64,000 nucleotides of DNA, from NCBI GenBank assembly GCA_900299195.1, contig OMIX01000098.1, forward strand, positions 27,302 to 91,301. Reading direction: 5' to 3'. Numbering within the stretch: position 1 is the stretch's first letter; the number at the start of each line of letters is the position of its first letter. The notes beneath the pieces are model-generated. The model had not been told where the DNA came from. It worked only from the letters and a program-made list of their open reading frames with translations, and did no database searches. The position numbers and the translations under genes are program-made. This document shows, one piece after another, positions 29,335-38,525 of the stretch. This DNA comes from Deltaproteobacteria bacterium. Its GTDB lineage: Bacteria; Bdellovibrionota; FAC87; UBA2466.

Positions 29335-30123
29335 TTAATTTTTCTTTTTTAACTCTTCCAATATGGACTCTGATTCCGACTTGAAATTCGAGTTCGGATA
29401 CTGCGCTAGCAATTTTCTAAGTGCCTCGCCAGCATTCGAGTACATACGAATATGATAATAACATTGGCCCAATCGGTACAGAGCTTCTTCATCATAACCC
29501 ATATTAGGGAAGTCCCTTAACAGTGACGCGTAACGATAAGAAGCGGACAAAAAATGTTTTCTTTCATAGTAAAAATTGGCCACATAGTTTTCATGTTCGC
29601 CTAGTTTTTTTCTGGCCTCAGACGAGTATTCTTTGGCTTTTGAGACAAATTCCGACTTTGGAAATTTTTCAATCAGAACAGCGAAACCATCAATGGCTCG
29701 GTTTGCAGCGCTTAGGTCTCTCGCACTGTTATCCGGAATTTCCTTGTAATAAGAAAGTCCTATTCGAAATTGGACATAGTCACTTCTAGGGTGGGTGGGA
29801 TGCAATTCCTTGAATATTTCATAGGCACTTTCTGCCTCTAAATAATTCTCCTGCGCAAAATAAGTATCGGCAATTCTGAGTTCAGAATCTACCGCTCGTG
29901 AACTATAAGGAAACCTGTTTTTGATGTCTCGATATTTTTCGACAGCTATCAAGTACCTCTCATCTTTAAAAATAGATTCAGCTTCGTTAAACAAGCTATC
30001 AGGATCGTCCCGATTTACCTCTTGCTGGGAACAGCCCACAAAAAACAGCATCGCGAACAAGACCCCTAAAACCTTCACGTTTGACCCAACTCCGAAAACC
30101 AACTTAAGTATTTGAGATTTCAT
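29335..30123 (-). CDS. bamD: Outer membrane protein assembly factor BamD (YfiO-like TPR lipoprotein)
   Basis: Lipoprotein signal (...AMLFFVGCSQQ), then DSLFNEAESIFKDERYLIAVEKYRDIKNRFPYSSRAVDSELRIADTYF, the BamD pattern. Start set to the internal Met (cat at 30121-30123); the alternative start is 30231. Confidence 0.6.
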   Translation of the reverse strand: MKSQILKLVFGVGSNVKVLGVLFAMLFFVGCSQQEVNRDDPDSLFNEAESIFKDERYLIAVEKYRDIKNRFPYSSRAVDSELRIADTYFAQENYLEAESAYEIFKELHPTHPRSDYVQFRIGLSYYKEIPDNSARDLSAANRAIDGFAVLIEKFPKSEFVSKAKEYSSEARKKLGEHENYVANFYYERKHFLSASYRYASLLRDFPNMGYDEEALYRLGQCYYHIRMYSNAGEALRKLLAQYPNSNFKSESESILEELKKKN

Positions 30124-30266
30124 AACTTTATCCGATTTGAGCACCAGTCTACCACAGCAAACCTCACCCGAAACCTTTTTTTCTATTAAGCGTTGCGTTA
30201 GCGCTGCCGATAAATAGGTTATGCGGCGCATTACCGCGCATCATTGATTGGGGAGAATGAAATACT

Positions 30267-30548
30267 ATGAAACGCTACGATTCAGAGTTTGTTGATGACG
30301 TTGAAGATTTACTGGAGAAGGTCGTTTTGGAAGAGGTGACCTCAGCCATTTGGAAAACTTTCGAAAGTGTCCTAGCCCAGCTGGATCCCGAAAGCAAAAA
30401 GTTACTGGAAAGACATCTCAATGGAACGAGCACCCTAGAACTGAGTCGGGCCATGGAAATGCCAGAGGCAGAAGTTCAACAGTGGCTCAATCAAATCAAA
30501 AGAAATCTGCAACAAAATATTCGTAAAGAATTTCAGGTGAAACAATGA
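30267..30548 (+). CDS. Small protein consisting only of a sigma-70 region-4-like helix-turn-helix
   Basis: LAQLDPESKKLLERHLNGTSTLELSRAMEMPEAEVQQWLNQIKRNL matches the region-4 pattern L..L.pr.r.vl.l.......t..EiA..lg.s...V.........KL. Confidence 0.4.
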   Translation: MKRYDSEFVDDVEDLLEKVVLEEVTSAIWKTFESVLAQLDPESKKLLERHLNGTSTLELSRAMEMPEAEVQQWLNQIKRNLQQNIRKEFQVKQ

Positions 30549-31663
30549 GTGCAACACTCTTAAATTTTTCTCGAGAACATTTCTCCACGGTGATTCAGGA
30601 GCTTCTTGAAAATCTAGCTCGAGAGCCTTTTGCGCATCAAAATAAGTTTCAAGACCTGACTATTGAGGAAATGGGAGCCATTCTAGAGCACCCTATCGAT
30701 GAGTCATCTCCATTAGTCGAAAGCTATGACTCCACTAAAAGCACTTACTGTCTATTACTGTTAGATTTAGAGCTAAACGGGCATCATTCTCTACCTCAGA
30801 TTTTTAAAGAAGCTCCTTTAAAAGATCTAACCGACCTTCCAACGAAATCCCTTCAACCCAACGCCCCTGAAAATCTTTCGAAAGTTAAAGAGATATTAAA
30901 AGAAAGAAATATCGATTTGGAAGCCGATCCCATAACTGCTCTAAATTCCATCCCAGAGGTTATTTCAGAATTAAACACGACTTCACCCAAAGAAGCCCCT
31001 ACCGCTTCCGAACTTTCGGATTCAATTCTAGTGCGGGACTACAAAGCTCTTACCCAACTTTTCTTTGAAAACCTGGAACAGAAAACGGTTCCAATTTCTG
31101 TGGAAACAGCGAATCGAGTCGCAATTCAATTTCTCATCACCAGTTGTGAGGTTGAGTTATTTGAAAAAATAAAGCCCGTCGTGGAATTATTTTGGCCGAA
31201 TCGCCAAGAGAGAATACAAGAGCTTTTGCAGGTAAATCAATTTAAATTCAACGAATCGATTTCATCTCAAATAAATGCAGATGAAAAAGAATATGCTAAA
31301 TTTCTTTTTGATAATAAATTTCCTAGACTGGCCACTCTTCACTGCCTGAAATATTTAACTCTCACAAACTCTCTTGATTCTCTACATCCCTCCGTTTTCG
31401 AATTGGGTACCCTCTTTTATTTTTGGGGTTCAAATCTCCTCTCGGTAGACCCATCAACAAACCAAACTGTTTCAGTGACAGAAGCTCAATGGAAACAATT
31501 AGCCTTTCGATTATTTAGAATGGATCGGATAAAAGGGGTGACCACGAATTTTAATCGACCTTTAGCTCCGGACCTCCTAACTCAAGCAAGGGACGACGGG
31601 TATTTTGTTTCGCAATTCCTAAACGAAATAGTTTTAGAACAACAAATTCCACAGGCTGCATAA
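30545..31663 (+). CDS. Hypothetical acidic protein (372 aa)
   Basis: Start overlaps the upstream stop (ATGA). No motifs recognised. Confidence 0.5.
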   Translation: MSATLLNFSREHFSTVIQELLENLAREPFAHQNKFQDLTIEEMGAILEHPIDESSPLVESYDSTKSTYCLLLLDLELNGHHSLPQIFKEAPLKDLTDLPTKSLQPNAPENLSKVKEILKERNIDLEADPITALNSIPEVISELNTTSPKEAPTASELSDSILVRDYKALTQLFFENLEQKTVPISVETANRVAIQFLITSCEVELFEKIKPVVELFWPNRQERIQELLQVNQFKFNESISSQINADEKEYAKFLFDNKFPRLATLHCLKYLTLTNSLDSLHPSVFELGTLFYFWGSNLLSVDPSTNQTVSVTEAQWKQLAFRLFRMDRIKGVTTNFNRPLAPDLLTQARDDGYFVSQFLNEIVLEQQIPQAA

Positions 31664-31664
31664 A

Positions 31665-32234
31665 ATGGAACCGGCTCATCACAACTTAAATTCGAAAATT
31701 TTCGAAGAGCTCGAACGAGCGGAAGAGGACCATTTTAAAAACTGCCCCAACGCTGAATTTATGATTCGCCTGGCCTCAACCGTAGTAGATCTCATCCTTT
31801 CTTATCTAGCGATCACTGGACTCCAAAATTTATCTCGGGCGCTTGAAGTGTTTTTATCCCATGCCGCTGACTATTTTATTTCAAACCCCTCAATACATTA
31901 CTTGGGGTCTTTAATTGCAACTCATTCGACGGATATTAGTTTTATTTTTGAAATCACCCTCAAAATCTTTTTTGTCTACTGCTATTACGTACTTTCTACC
32001 TGTTTTTCAGGAGGAACCCCCGGAAAACTCCTTTTAGGGTTAAAGGTTCTAAATCGTGAAACGGGAAAAAAACTGCGCCCTGGGGAAGCGTTTATTAGAA
32101 TGGCTTTGGCGGCACTTTGCACCCTTGCCTCGGGTGGAATCAGCTATCTCTATATAGCTTTCAATAAAGATCAACAGTCCTTACACGACCGACTCACCCA
32201 AAGCTGCGTAAAAAAAATTCATGGTGTGAAATGA
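31665..32234 (+). CDS. RDD-family membrane protein
   Basis: GGTPGKLLLGLKV...LHDRLTQSCV is the C-terminal RDD signature (G..G..v.....HD...T.V). Confidence 0.55.
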   Translation: MEPAHHNLNSKIFEELERAEEDHFKNCPNAEFMIRLASTVVDLILSYLAITGLQNLSRALEVFLSHAADYFISNPSIHYLGSLIATHSTDISFIFEITLKIFFVYCYYVLSTCFSGGTPGKLLLGLKVLNRETGKKLRPGEAFIRMALAALCTLASGGISYLYIAFNKDQQSLHDRLTQSCVKKIHGVK

Positions 32235-33493
32235 TTCTTCTAGTACCTTTAAATCCGGAAGTTCCCCAGTCACTTAGGCCCAAAGTGCTACCTTCCTTTG
32301 TCATGGTTCTATCTTTAATACTGGGCTATCTTTTGACTTACCAAATTATTTCTAAGGACTCTGAGTATGTAGAAGCCATAGAAAACGCTTTACCAGAAAG
32401 GCCTTCCGTTACTGCGCATTTAGATCCTGAATCAGAAAAATACCTTTCTCACAGGCCTTTACTCACAGTTTCTCCATCGACGGGAGATTGGGACCTCGCT
32501 CGTTTGATTAAGGCCAACTTTATACATGGTTCATTGACTCATTTGATCTTGAACGTGGTGGGTGTATTTGCCGGGGTCAGAATTTGCGTTACTTTTATCC
32601 CGTTTTTAAGTTCCCTTATCATTTTTCTACTGGGTGGAACTCTTGGGCTTTGGGTAAGTGTTATCACTGCAAGACAAATCTCGGATTTCGTGCCCCATGT
32701 AGGAGCTAGTGCTGGGCTTTTTGCGCTTATGGGAACTTATTATATTTTCAATTTTAGGTTTCGCACTCAATACTTCTTCTGGTTGCCCATCCGTCGCGGA
32801 TTTGTATCACTAAAGACCTCTTGGTTTTTCTTTGTGGATGTTATTTTGTTGGAATTGGTTCTTTCAACTGCTCAGCTATTCCCGGATCGTGTCGACAGTG
32901 TCGATCATGTGGCCCATGTCGTTGGCTTTGCCGCAGGAATGTTACTTGCTTTAGCCTATCGATTTTTTTTACGCTGGCCCAGCTTCCTTCAAACTCGGGC
33001 CGAATATGTTTATTGGCAGCTTTTTGTAAGGGAGATGAAACGGCCCAAGCAAAACAAAATAAATATTTATTTGAACCTTCTCCAAATCAACCGATATAAC
33101 GACTTCATCAAACGCAGGCTCTGCAATTCGGTTGCAGTTCAGTCAAAAACTCTTTCGGAAAATGCACTTGGAGATTCCTTTAAGTTTTTCGTTCCAACCT
33201 TCGTCAGACTAAATACCACACACGTCATCAGGGTCATTAGGTCACTTTATACTTATCAGCGCTCAGTTCCACAAAGATGGTTGTCTCGCGTTCCTTATGA
33301 TATTGTGATTTTGCTCGCCAAAACAATGGCCAAACAGAACAAAAACCAATCCCACCTCTATCAGTTTCTCATCGATTACCGAAAGTCCCAAAGCTCTAAT
33401 CAGAGAAACAACTCCAATGTGGAAAAACTGATGAAGAATTTAGAACTTGAGTTTCAACGGTCTACAGAAAGCAAAACACAAAAAGCAGTTTGA
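32231..33493 (+). CDS. Rhomboid-family intramembrane serine protease with a ~170-aa C-terminal extension
   Basis: TM2 FIHGSLTHLILNVVG, catalytic Ser in HVGASAGLFALMG (GxSxG) and catalytic His in VAHVVGFAAGMLLA. Confidence 0.7.
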   Translation: MILLVPLNPEVPQSLRPKVLPSFVMVLSLILGYLLTYQIISKDSEYVEAIENALPERPSVTAHLDPESEKYLSHRPLLTVSPSTGDWDLARLIKANFIHGSLTHLILNVVGVFAGVRICVTFIPFLSSLIIFLLGGTLGLWVSVITARQISDFVPHVGASAGLFALMGTYYIFNFRFRTQYFFWLPIRRGFVSLKTSWFFFVDVILLELVLSTAQLFPDRVDSVDHVAHVVGFAAGMLLALAYRFFLRWPSFLQTRAEYVYWQLFVREMKRPKQNKINIYLNLLQINRYNDFIKRRLCNSVAVQSKTLSENALGDSFKFFVPTFVRLNTTHVIRVIRSLYTYQRSVPQRWLSRVPYDIVILLAKTMAKQNKNQSHLYQFLIDYRKSQSSNQRNNSNVEKLMKNLELEFQRSTESKTQKAV

Positions 33494-33497
33494 TAAC

Positions 33498-34235
33498 TTA
33501 AAGAAATTTAGGTCGGTACAGTTTGTATCTTTCGCGCAAAAACCAACCTGCGCTCCAGAGAAAAGCACTTGTGACAATAAAAGGCCACAGTGGGGTTCTA
33601 AGATCACCCATAATAAATCTGAAGTACAAGTAAACAAGCCAAGTGTTCCAGCTTAAAAACCCAAGAAACCGAGCAAAGGCATAAACATGAGTTCCCCACT
33701 CTAAGTCAGCGACTTTTTGCGGGTCATTGCCGGGAGTAAATTCACTGGGTTCCAAAGGTTGTTGACCCACCACTTGGCTAGCTTTGGCGTTGAGATCTTT
33801 TAAAATCTCGCTGTTAGTCCCAATAGCTTTGTACTCAAGCCAAAAGGTTTTAATGTTATACCAAATGGTGAAGGTCGCCCAAATTCCGTGAACCCAACCC
33901 ATCCACGCTCGATTCGCATTGGAAGCAGCTCCGCCTAATGTGGTTAAAATCAGTAAAAAGAAAATCGCATAAAGAGCAGGGGGAAATACCTCTTTTTTAA
34001 AGGCTTTTGTTCTTTTAACGTACTCTTGGTTTAGGCTTAAGTCCTCCACTAATAGCCTAGTGTCTTTTCCCGACCCCGTGAAAATAGCAAAAACTAAGCA
34101 ATGCAAAAGAGCTGCAAATATCGAAGTTCCTAGACCCCACAACATATGGGTGGGAACCCCCTGAACCCCGTAAAAAACGGTTAGCCCAAATAGAACAATA
34201 CTCACTAAAGAACTAATACCAAAAAACTTTGCCAT
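33498..34235 (-). CDS. Polytopic membrane protein, unknown function
   Basis: 245-aa ORF with 6 or more predicted TM helices. Confidence 0.45.
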   Translation of the reverse strand: MAKFFGISSLVSIVLFGLTVFYGVQGVPTHMLWGLGTSIFAALLHCLVFAIFTGSGKDTRLLVEDLSLNQEYVKRTKAFKKEVFPPALYAIFFLLILTTLGGAASNANRAWMGWVHGIWATFTIWYNIKTFWLEYKAIGTNSEILKDLNAKASQVVGQQPLEPSEFTPGNDPQKVADLEWGTHVYAFARFLGFLSWNTWLVYLYFRFIMGDLRTPLWPFIVTSAFLWSAGWFLRERYKLYRPKFL

Positions 34236-34324
34236 GATGCGGTGGTTCTAGCTGAAACTCGAAGGCCGTGCAAGTTGTAACCCAACTGTTGATTATACGG
34301 GCCGGAGGGTCTATAAAGCTGCCC

Positions 34325-35176
34325 ATGCTAGACTCAAAACTTCCCCAACGGCTTCCCCCAGAAAAACTTAAGGAAATCGCTAAGAAATGTCGGATCGACA
34401 TTTTAGAAATGCTGGAAAAGGCGGGTAGTGGTCACCCGGGTGGTTCTCTTTCAGCCATTGACATTATTGTCGCTCTTTTCTTCCATGAAATGAAAAGCAA
34501 TCCGAGTGAGCCCCTCTGGGAAGATAGGGACCGATTTATCTTATCCAAAGGTCATGGGGTCCCGGCTTTATATGCAGTTTTGGCTGAACGAGAAATTATT
34601 CCTAAATCAGAACTCTCTACTCTTAGAAAAATTAACTCTCGCATTCAAGGCCATCCCGACCGAGTTTTGTTGCCGATTGTAGAAGCCTCTACGGGAAGCC
34701 TTGGACAAGGTCTATCCATTGCTCAAGGAATTGCACTGGGGTTAAAACAGCAGAAGAAAGACTCTAAGGTATTCTGCCTAATGGGTGACGGAGAAACTCA
34801 AGAGGGACAAGTTTGGGAAACTGCTCTTTCAGCCCCAAAATACAAATTGAATAATTTGGTCGTTTTTATCGATAACAATAATGGTCAAATTGACGGGCAT
34901 GTCGAAGAGGTAATGGACCTGAAACCCTTGGCAGATAAATGGCGGGCTTTCCGATGGTCGGTTCAAGAAATTGATGGACATGATTTCAACCAAATTGTCG
35001 GTGCTCTCGAAAAAACACGGCTGGAAACAGAAAGACCTTCTTTAATTGTTGCAAGAACTGTCAAAGGCAAAGGAGTCTCATTTATGGAGAACTCCATTGC
35101 ATGGCATGGAGTCTCTCCTAATAAAGAACAGTTAGAACAAGCTCTTTTAGATCTTAACGGAGGATACAAATCATGA
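34325..35176 (+). CDS. Transketolase, N-terminal (TPP-binding) subunit
   Basis: GSGHPGGSLSAIDIIVALFF...LSKGHGVPALYAVLAE...LGQGLSIAQGIAL...CLMGDGETQEG. Start set at ATG 34325; the track ORF starts at GTG 34268. Confidence 0.85.
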   Translation: MLDSKLPQRLPPEKLKEIAKKCRIDILEMLEKAGSGHPGGSLSAIDIIVALFFHEMKSNPSEPLWEDRDRFILSKGHGVPALYAVLAEREIIPKSELSTLRKINSRIQGHPDRVLLPIVEASTGSLGQGLSIAQGIALGLKQQKKDSKVFCLMGDGETQEGQVWETALSAPKYKLNNLVVFIDNNNGQIDGHVEEVMDLKPLADKWRAFRWSVQEIDGHDFNQIVGALEKTRLETERPSLIVARTVKGKGVSFMENSIAWHGVSPNKEQLEQALLDLNGGYKS

Positions 35177-36117
35177 GCGCTCCTACTACAGGTTCTTCCA
35201 AAGAAAAGGCGACACGAGACTCTTTTGGAGAAGCCCTTCGTGATTTGGGAAAGGAGTTTCCCAAAATTGTGGTACTTGATGCTGATCTTTCGGTTAGTAC
35301 TAAGAGTGTTTTATTTGCGAAAGAATTTCCGGATCGATTTTTCCAAATGGGGATTGCCGAAAGTAACATGGTGGGGACCGCAGCAGGACTTTCGTTTACC
35401 GGATTGATTCCCTTTTGTTGCAGCTTCGGGGCTTTTATTGCGGGAAGGTACGAAACCATCCGAGTTTCGGTGGGCTACTCAAAAGCGAATGTTAAGATTG
35501 TGGGAACTCATAGCGGTCTTGGCATTGGAGACGATGGTTACACTCAAATGGGACTTGAAGACATTAATGTCATGAGGGGACTGCCCGGCATGATTGTTTT
35601 AAATCCCTCAGATGACGCCACCACCAAAGCTGCAGTTCGATTTGCAGCTACACACGAAGGGCCTGTGTATTTAAGACTGACTCGACAGAAGCTTCCCAAC
35701 TTTCACAAAACGTCCGACTTTCAATGTGGAAGAGGTATTGTTTTAAATGAAGGAAAAGAGATCGCTTTGATAGGCACTGGGAGTACCGTCAGTGAATGCG
35801 TCAAAGCCTCGAAAACCCTAGCTCACTTAAACCCTTGGATAGTCGATATTCATACTATCAAACCTATCGATCGAACCTTAATCAAAACTCTAGCTAGAAA
35901 TTGTAAGCTGATTGTGACTGCCGAAGACCACAATGTGGTGGGCGGGCTTGGTACTGCGATTTCTGAAGTTCTAGCCGAGGAGGGATGGAACGGTAAGCTC
36001 GTACGCTTGGGAGTTCAAGATACCTACGGAGAGTCTGGAGCCCCAGAGCAGCTTTACGATAAGTATGGTTTTTCTGCGAGCAAAATAGCCGAAAAGGTCA
36101 TGAATCTGACTGGCTAA
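35173..36117 (+). CDS. Transketolase, C-terminal (pyrimidine-binding) subunit
   Basis: RDSFGEAL..L....P.IVVLDADLSVSTKS..FAKEFPDRFFQMGIAESNMVGTAAGLS. Overlaps the N-terminal subunit by 4 nt. Confidence 0.85.
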   Translation: MSAPTTGSSKEKATRDSFGEALRDLGKEFPKIVVLDADLSVSTKSVLFAKEFPDRFFQMGIAESNMVGTAAGLSFTGLIPFCCSFGAFIAGRYETIRVSVGYSKANVKIVGTHSGLGIGDDGYTQMGLEDINVMRGLPGMIVLNPSDDATTKAAVRFAATHEGPVYLRLTRQKLPNFHKTSDFQCGRGIVLNEGKEIALIGTGSTVSECVKASKTLAHLNPWIVDIHTIKPIDRTLIKTLARNCKLIVTAEDHNVVGGLGTAISEVLAEEGWNGKLVRLGVQDTYGESGAPEQLYDKYGFSASKIAEKVMNLTG

Positions 36118-36121
36118 ACTT

Positions 36122-36955
36122 TTAATTTACAATTTCTCGATACCCTTTAAGCATCGAAGTCAGCTTTTTGATTTCATTTACATCGTCGGCTGTGGGGCGT
36201 GCTTTTAGATAGGTTTTCAGATCTTTCATCGCTTGAGTGAAATACTCCATCTCACAATAGAGTACCCCTCGGTCTCGAGTTAGTTCGGGAGATTCGGGAA
36301 AAATTACAGTCAGCATCTCAACGGCTCTTAAAGCTTCAACCGCATTGCCCTTAAGAATATAAATATGTTTAAGCTGTTGAAGTAATCTGGCTACCAATTG
36401 TTGCGGTCCGATTCTTACAAAAAGATTGGTGGAAAGAATTCGATTCCGATTCATAGCTGAACGGAATTTTTTCTGAAAATCTTCTTGCCCTAAAAACTTA
36501 CCCTGATCAAAAGGATCAATATAAACCTCTTCTGAAATTCCTTTAACACGGATGAGGTAGTAAGAGGGTAACGCTAAAATTTCATAATCGATCCCGACCT
36601 GTTCAGCCATAATCGCATAAATCAAAGTGAGAGTCAGGGGACTACCAATTTTATTTTCTAAAACTCGGTGAAGATAATATCTTTCTGGATCATCTATGAC
36701 CTGTTTGTACTTCTCACTCTTGCCGTGAAACTCATAAAACTTAAATAATACATAATTGATGGCTTCGGCTTTTTTTAGAGAATCGTACTTGGATCTAGCC
36801 GCCCGGTGCCATACTTTCGCTGCCATCTCAAGAATCTTATCGACATAAGAACTGTCTTGAAACGTAGGATGCTGAACGTGCCCAGCAAAAAGGGCTGCCC
36901 GCATAAGATCGTGACGGCGCAAGAGCGTCAAAAGCTCCGTTTTGATATGTCTCAT
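36122..36955 (-). CDS. Transglutaminase-like / SirB1-family protein (COG2912-like)
   Basis: GSPLTLTLIYAIMAEQVGIDYEILALPSYYLIRV matches G.P..L..lY..VA.rLGl......fP.HFLlR. Confidence 0.45.
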   Translation of the reverse strand: MRHIKTELLTLLRRHDLMRAALFAGHVQHPTFQDSSYVDKILEMAAKVWHRAARSKYDSLKKAEAINYVLFKFYEFHGKSEKYKQVIDDPERYYLHRVLENKIGSPLTLTLIYAIMAEQVGIDYEILALPSYYLIRVKGISEEVYIDPFDQGKFLGQEDFQKKFRSAMNRNRILSTNLFVRIGPQQLVARLLQQLKHIYILKGNAVEALRAVEMLTVIFPESPELTRDRGVLYCEMEYFTQAMKDLKTYLKARPTADDVNEIKKLTSMLKGYREIVN

Positions 36956-37144
36956 AGGATTATTTTTTTAGGGAGATGAAGTTGAAGGGCGACTGTTACT
37001 GGAGGAAAATTTGCCCTATATTTTTAGTTTATAGAACTTGATTAAAAAATCAATTCTCTTGGTTAGTGCAAAGCAGCTATTTATGGCGCAATGCAAACCT
37101 AACTCGCTTGACTTGATTTGGCTTGAGGGCCACAACAAGGCGAT

Positions 37145-38497
37145 ATGAAAGAAAAATTCATTTATGTCTGTCAGCAATGCGGGCAGCAGTATTCGAAGTG
37201 GATGGGAAAATGCCAAGAGTGCGGAGAATGGAATAGTGTCGTTGAAGAACGCAGTGTGGGTTCCAACAAGAAAAAACCTACTTCCATTTCAACAAGTACC
37301 CACCCTCAGCCTATTTCGGAAATCATAGCTGAAGACTTCCCCAGAGTTGCTTCAGACCTGTCAGAACTCGACAATGTTTTGGGAGGAGGGCTAGTTCCAG
37401 GAAGTGCTATTCTTTTAGGAGGAGAGCCGGGGGTCGGAAAATCGACCATCCTTCTTCAGGCGGCTCACCAATTTGCCAAGCTTGGACACAAAATTCTCTA
37501 CGTCAGTGGAGAAGAGTCGGCCTCGCAAATCGCTCTACGTTCACAGCGGCTCGGCGTAAACTCTGAAAATCTTCTAGTAGTTTGTGAAACCACCTTAGAA
37601 AAAATTATCGGTCACATTGAAAAAGTAACCCCCCATTTGCTCATCATTGACTCTATTCAGACCATCTATAGCGATGCGCTCGACTCTCAACCCGGAAGTG
37701 TGGGACAGCTGAGAGAATGTGCTTATGAAATGATTTCATTGGCAAAAGCTCGCAACATGGCGACCTTTTTAGTGGGGCACGTCACCAAAGAAGGAGCTAT
37801 TGCCGGACCCAAAGTTTTAGAACATATGGTTGATGTTGTTCTTTACTTTGAAGGAACATCTTCTCAGTCATTTAGGCTCTTAAGATCTATCAAAAACCGA
37901 TTTGGCTCAACCAATGAAATCGGCGTTTTTGAAATCGCCAGTAAAGGATTGAAGCAGGTTACCAACCCTTCGGAGCTTTTTCTTTCTGAGCGGCCGGATA
38001 CGGTTCCCGGATCTGTGATCGTGGCAAGTGTCGAAGGAACGCGGCCTATTTTGGTAGAAGTTCAAGCGCTAGTGTCAGGGAGCTCCTTAGCTATGCCACG
38101 TAGAACTGCCTTAGGATTAGACCCCAATCGAGTAGCCTTATTAGTAGCCATACTTGAAAAACGAGGGGGCTTTCGACTCTTTGATCAGGATGTTTACGTA
38201 AATATTGCTGGGGGATTGAGGGTCACAGAAACTGCAATCGATTTGGGAGTAGCTGCAGCGTTGATCTCAAGTTATACGGGCAGAGCCGTGCCTTCTGGAA
38301 CTGTTTTCTTCGGTGAAATGGGGTTAGGAGGAGAGGTGAGAAGCGTTCCCAAAGCGGGAATTCGTCTCAAAGAGGCAGAACGTATAGGGCTTAAGCGAGC
38401 CTATGTACCTCGTAAGATTGCTAAAGAGGTCAATGACGTTAAGAATTTAGAGCTTGTCCCCATCGATCATATTCAAGAACTGGCTGATAAATTGTGA
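37145..38497 (+). CDS. radA: DNA repair protein RadA (Sms)
   Basis: CQQCGQQYSKWMGKCQECGEWNS zinc finger, GGEPGVGKSTILLQ Walker A, KNRFG motif and C-terminal Lon-like domain. Confidence 0.9.
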   Translation: MKEKFIYVCQQCGQQYSKWMGKCQECGEWNSVVEERSVGSNKKKPTSISTSTHPQPISEIIAEDFPRVASDLSELDNVLGGGLVPGSAILLGGEPGVGKSTILLQAAHQFAKLGHKILYVSGEESASQIALRSQRLGVNSENLLVVCETTLEKIIGHIEKVTPHLLIIDSIQTIYSDALDSQPGSVGQLRECAYEMISLAKARNMATFLVGHVTKEGAIAGPKVLEHMVDVVLYFEGTSSQSFRLLRSIKNRFGSTNEIGVFEIASKGLKQVTNPSELFLSERPDTVPGSVIVASVEGTRPILVEVQALVSGSSLAMPRRTALGLDPNRVALLVAILEKRGGFRLFDQDVYVNIAGGLRVTETAIDLGVAAALISSYTGRAVPSGTVFFGEMGLGGEVRSVPKAGIRLKEAERIGLKRAYVPRKIAKEVNDVKNLELVPIDHIQELADKL

Positions 38498-38525
38498 TGA
38501 GATTTTATTTTAATCTCTCACTTCA

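Noticed and set aside
30181-30266. gcgcat/gcgtt direct repeats and quasi-palindrome in the bamD to r4-like-gene intergenic region
   Set aside because: They are imperfect and short, probably just divergent promoter sequence. Noted in case a motif search finds partners.
38498-38525. Bidirectional terminator between convergent radA and glpK (gagatt-ttatttt-aatctc)
   Set aside because: The stem is only 6 bp and entirely A/T-rich, too weak to call.
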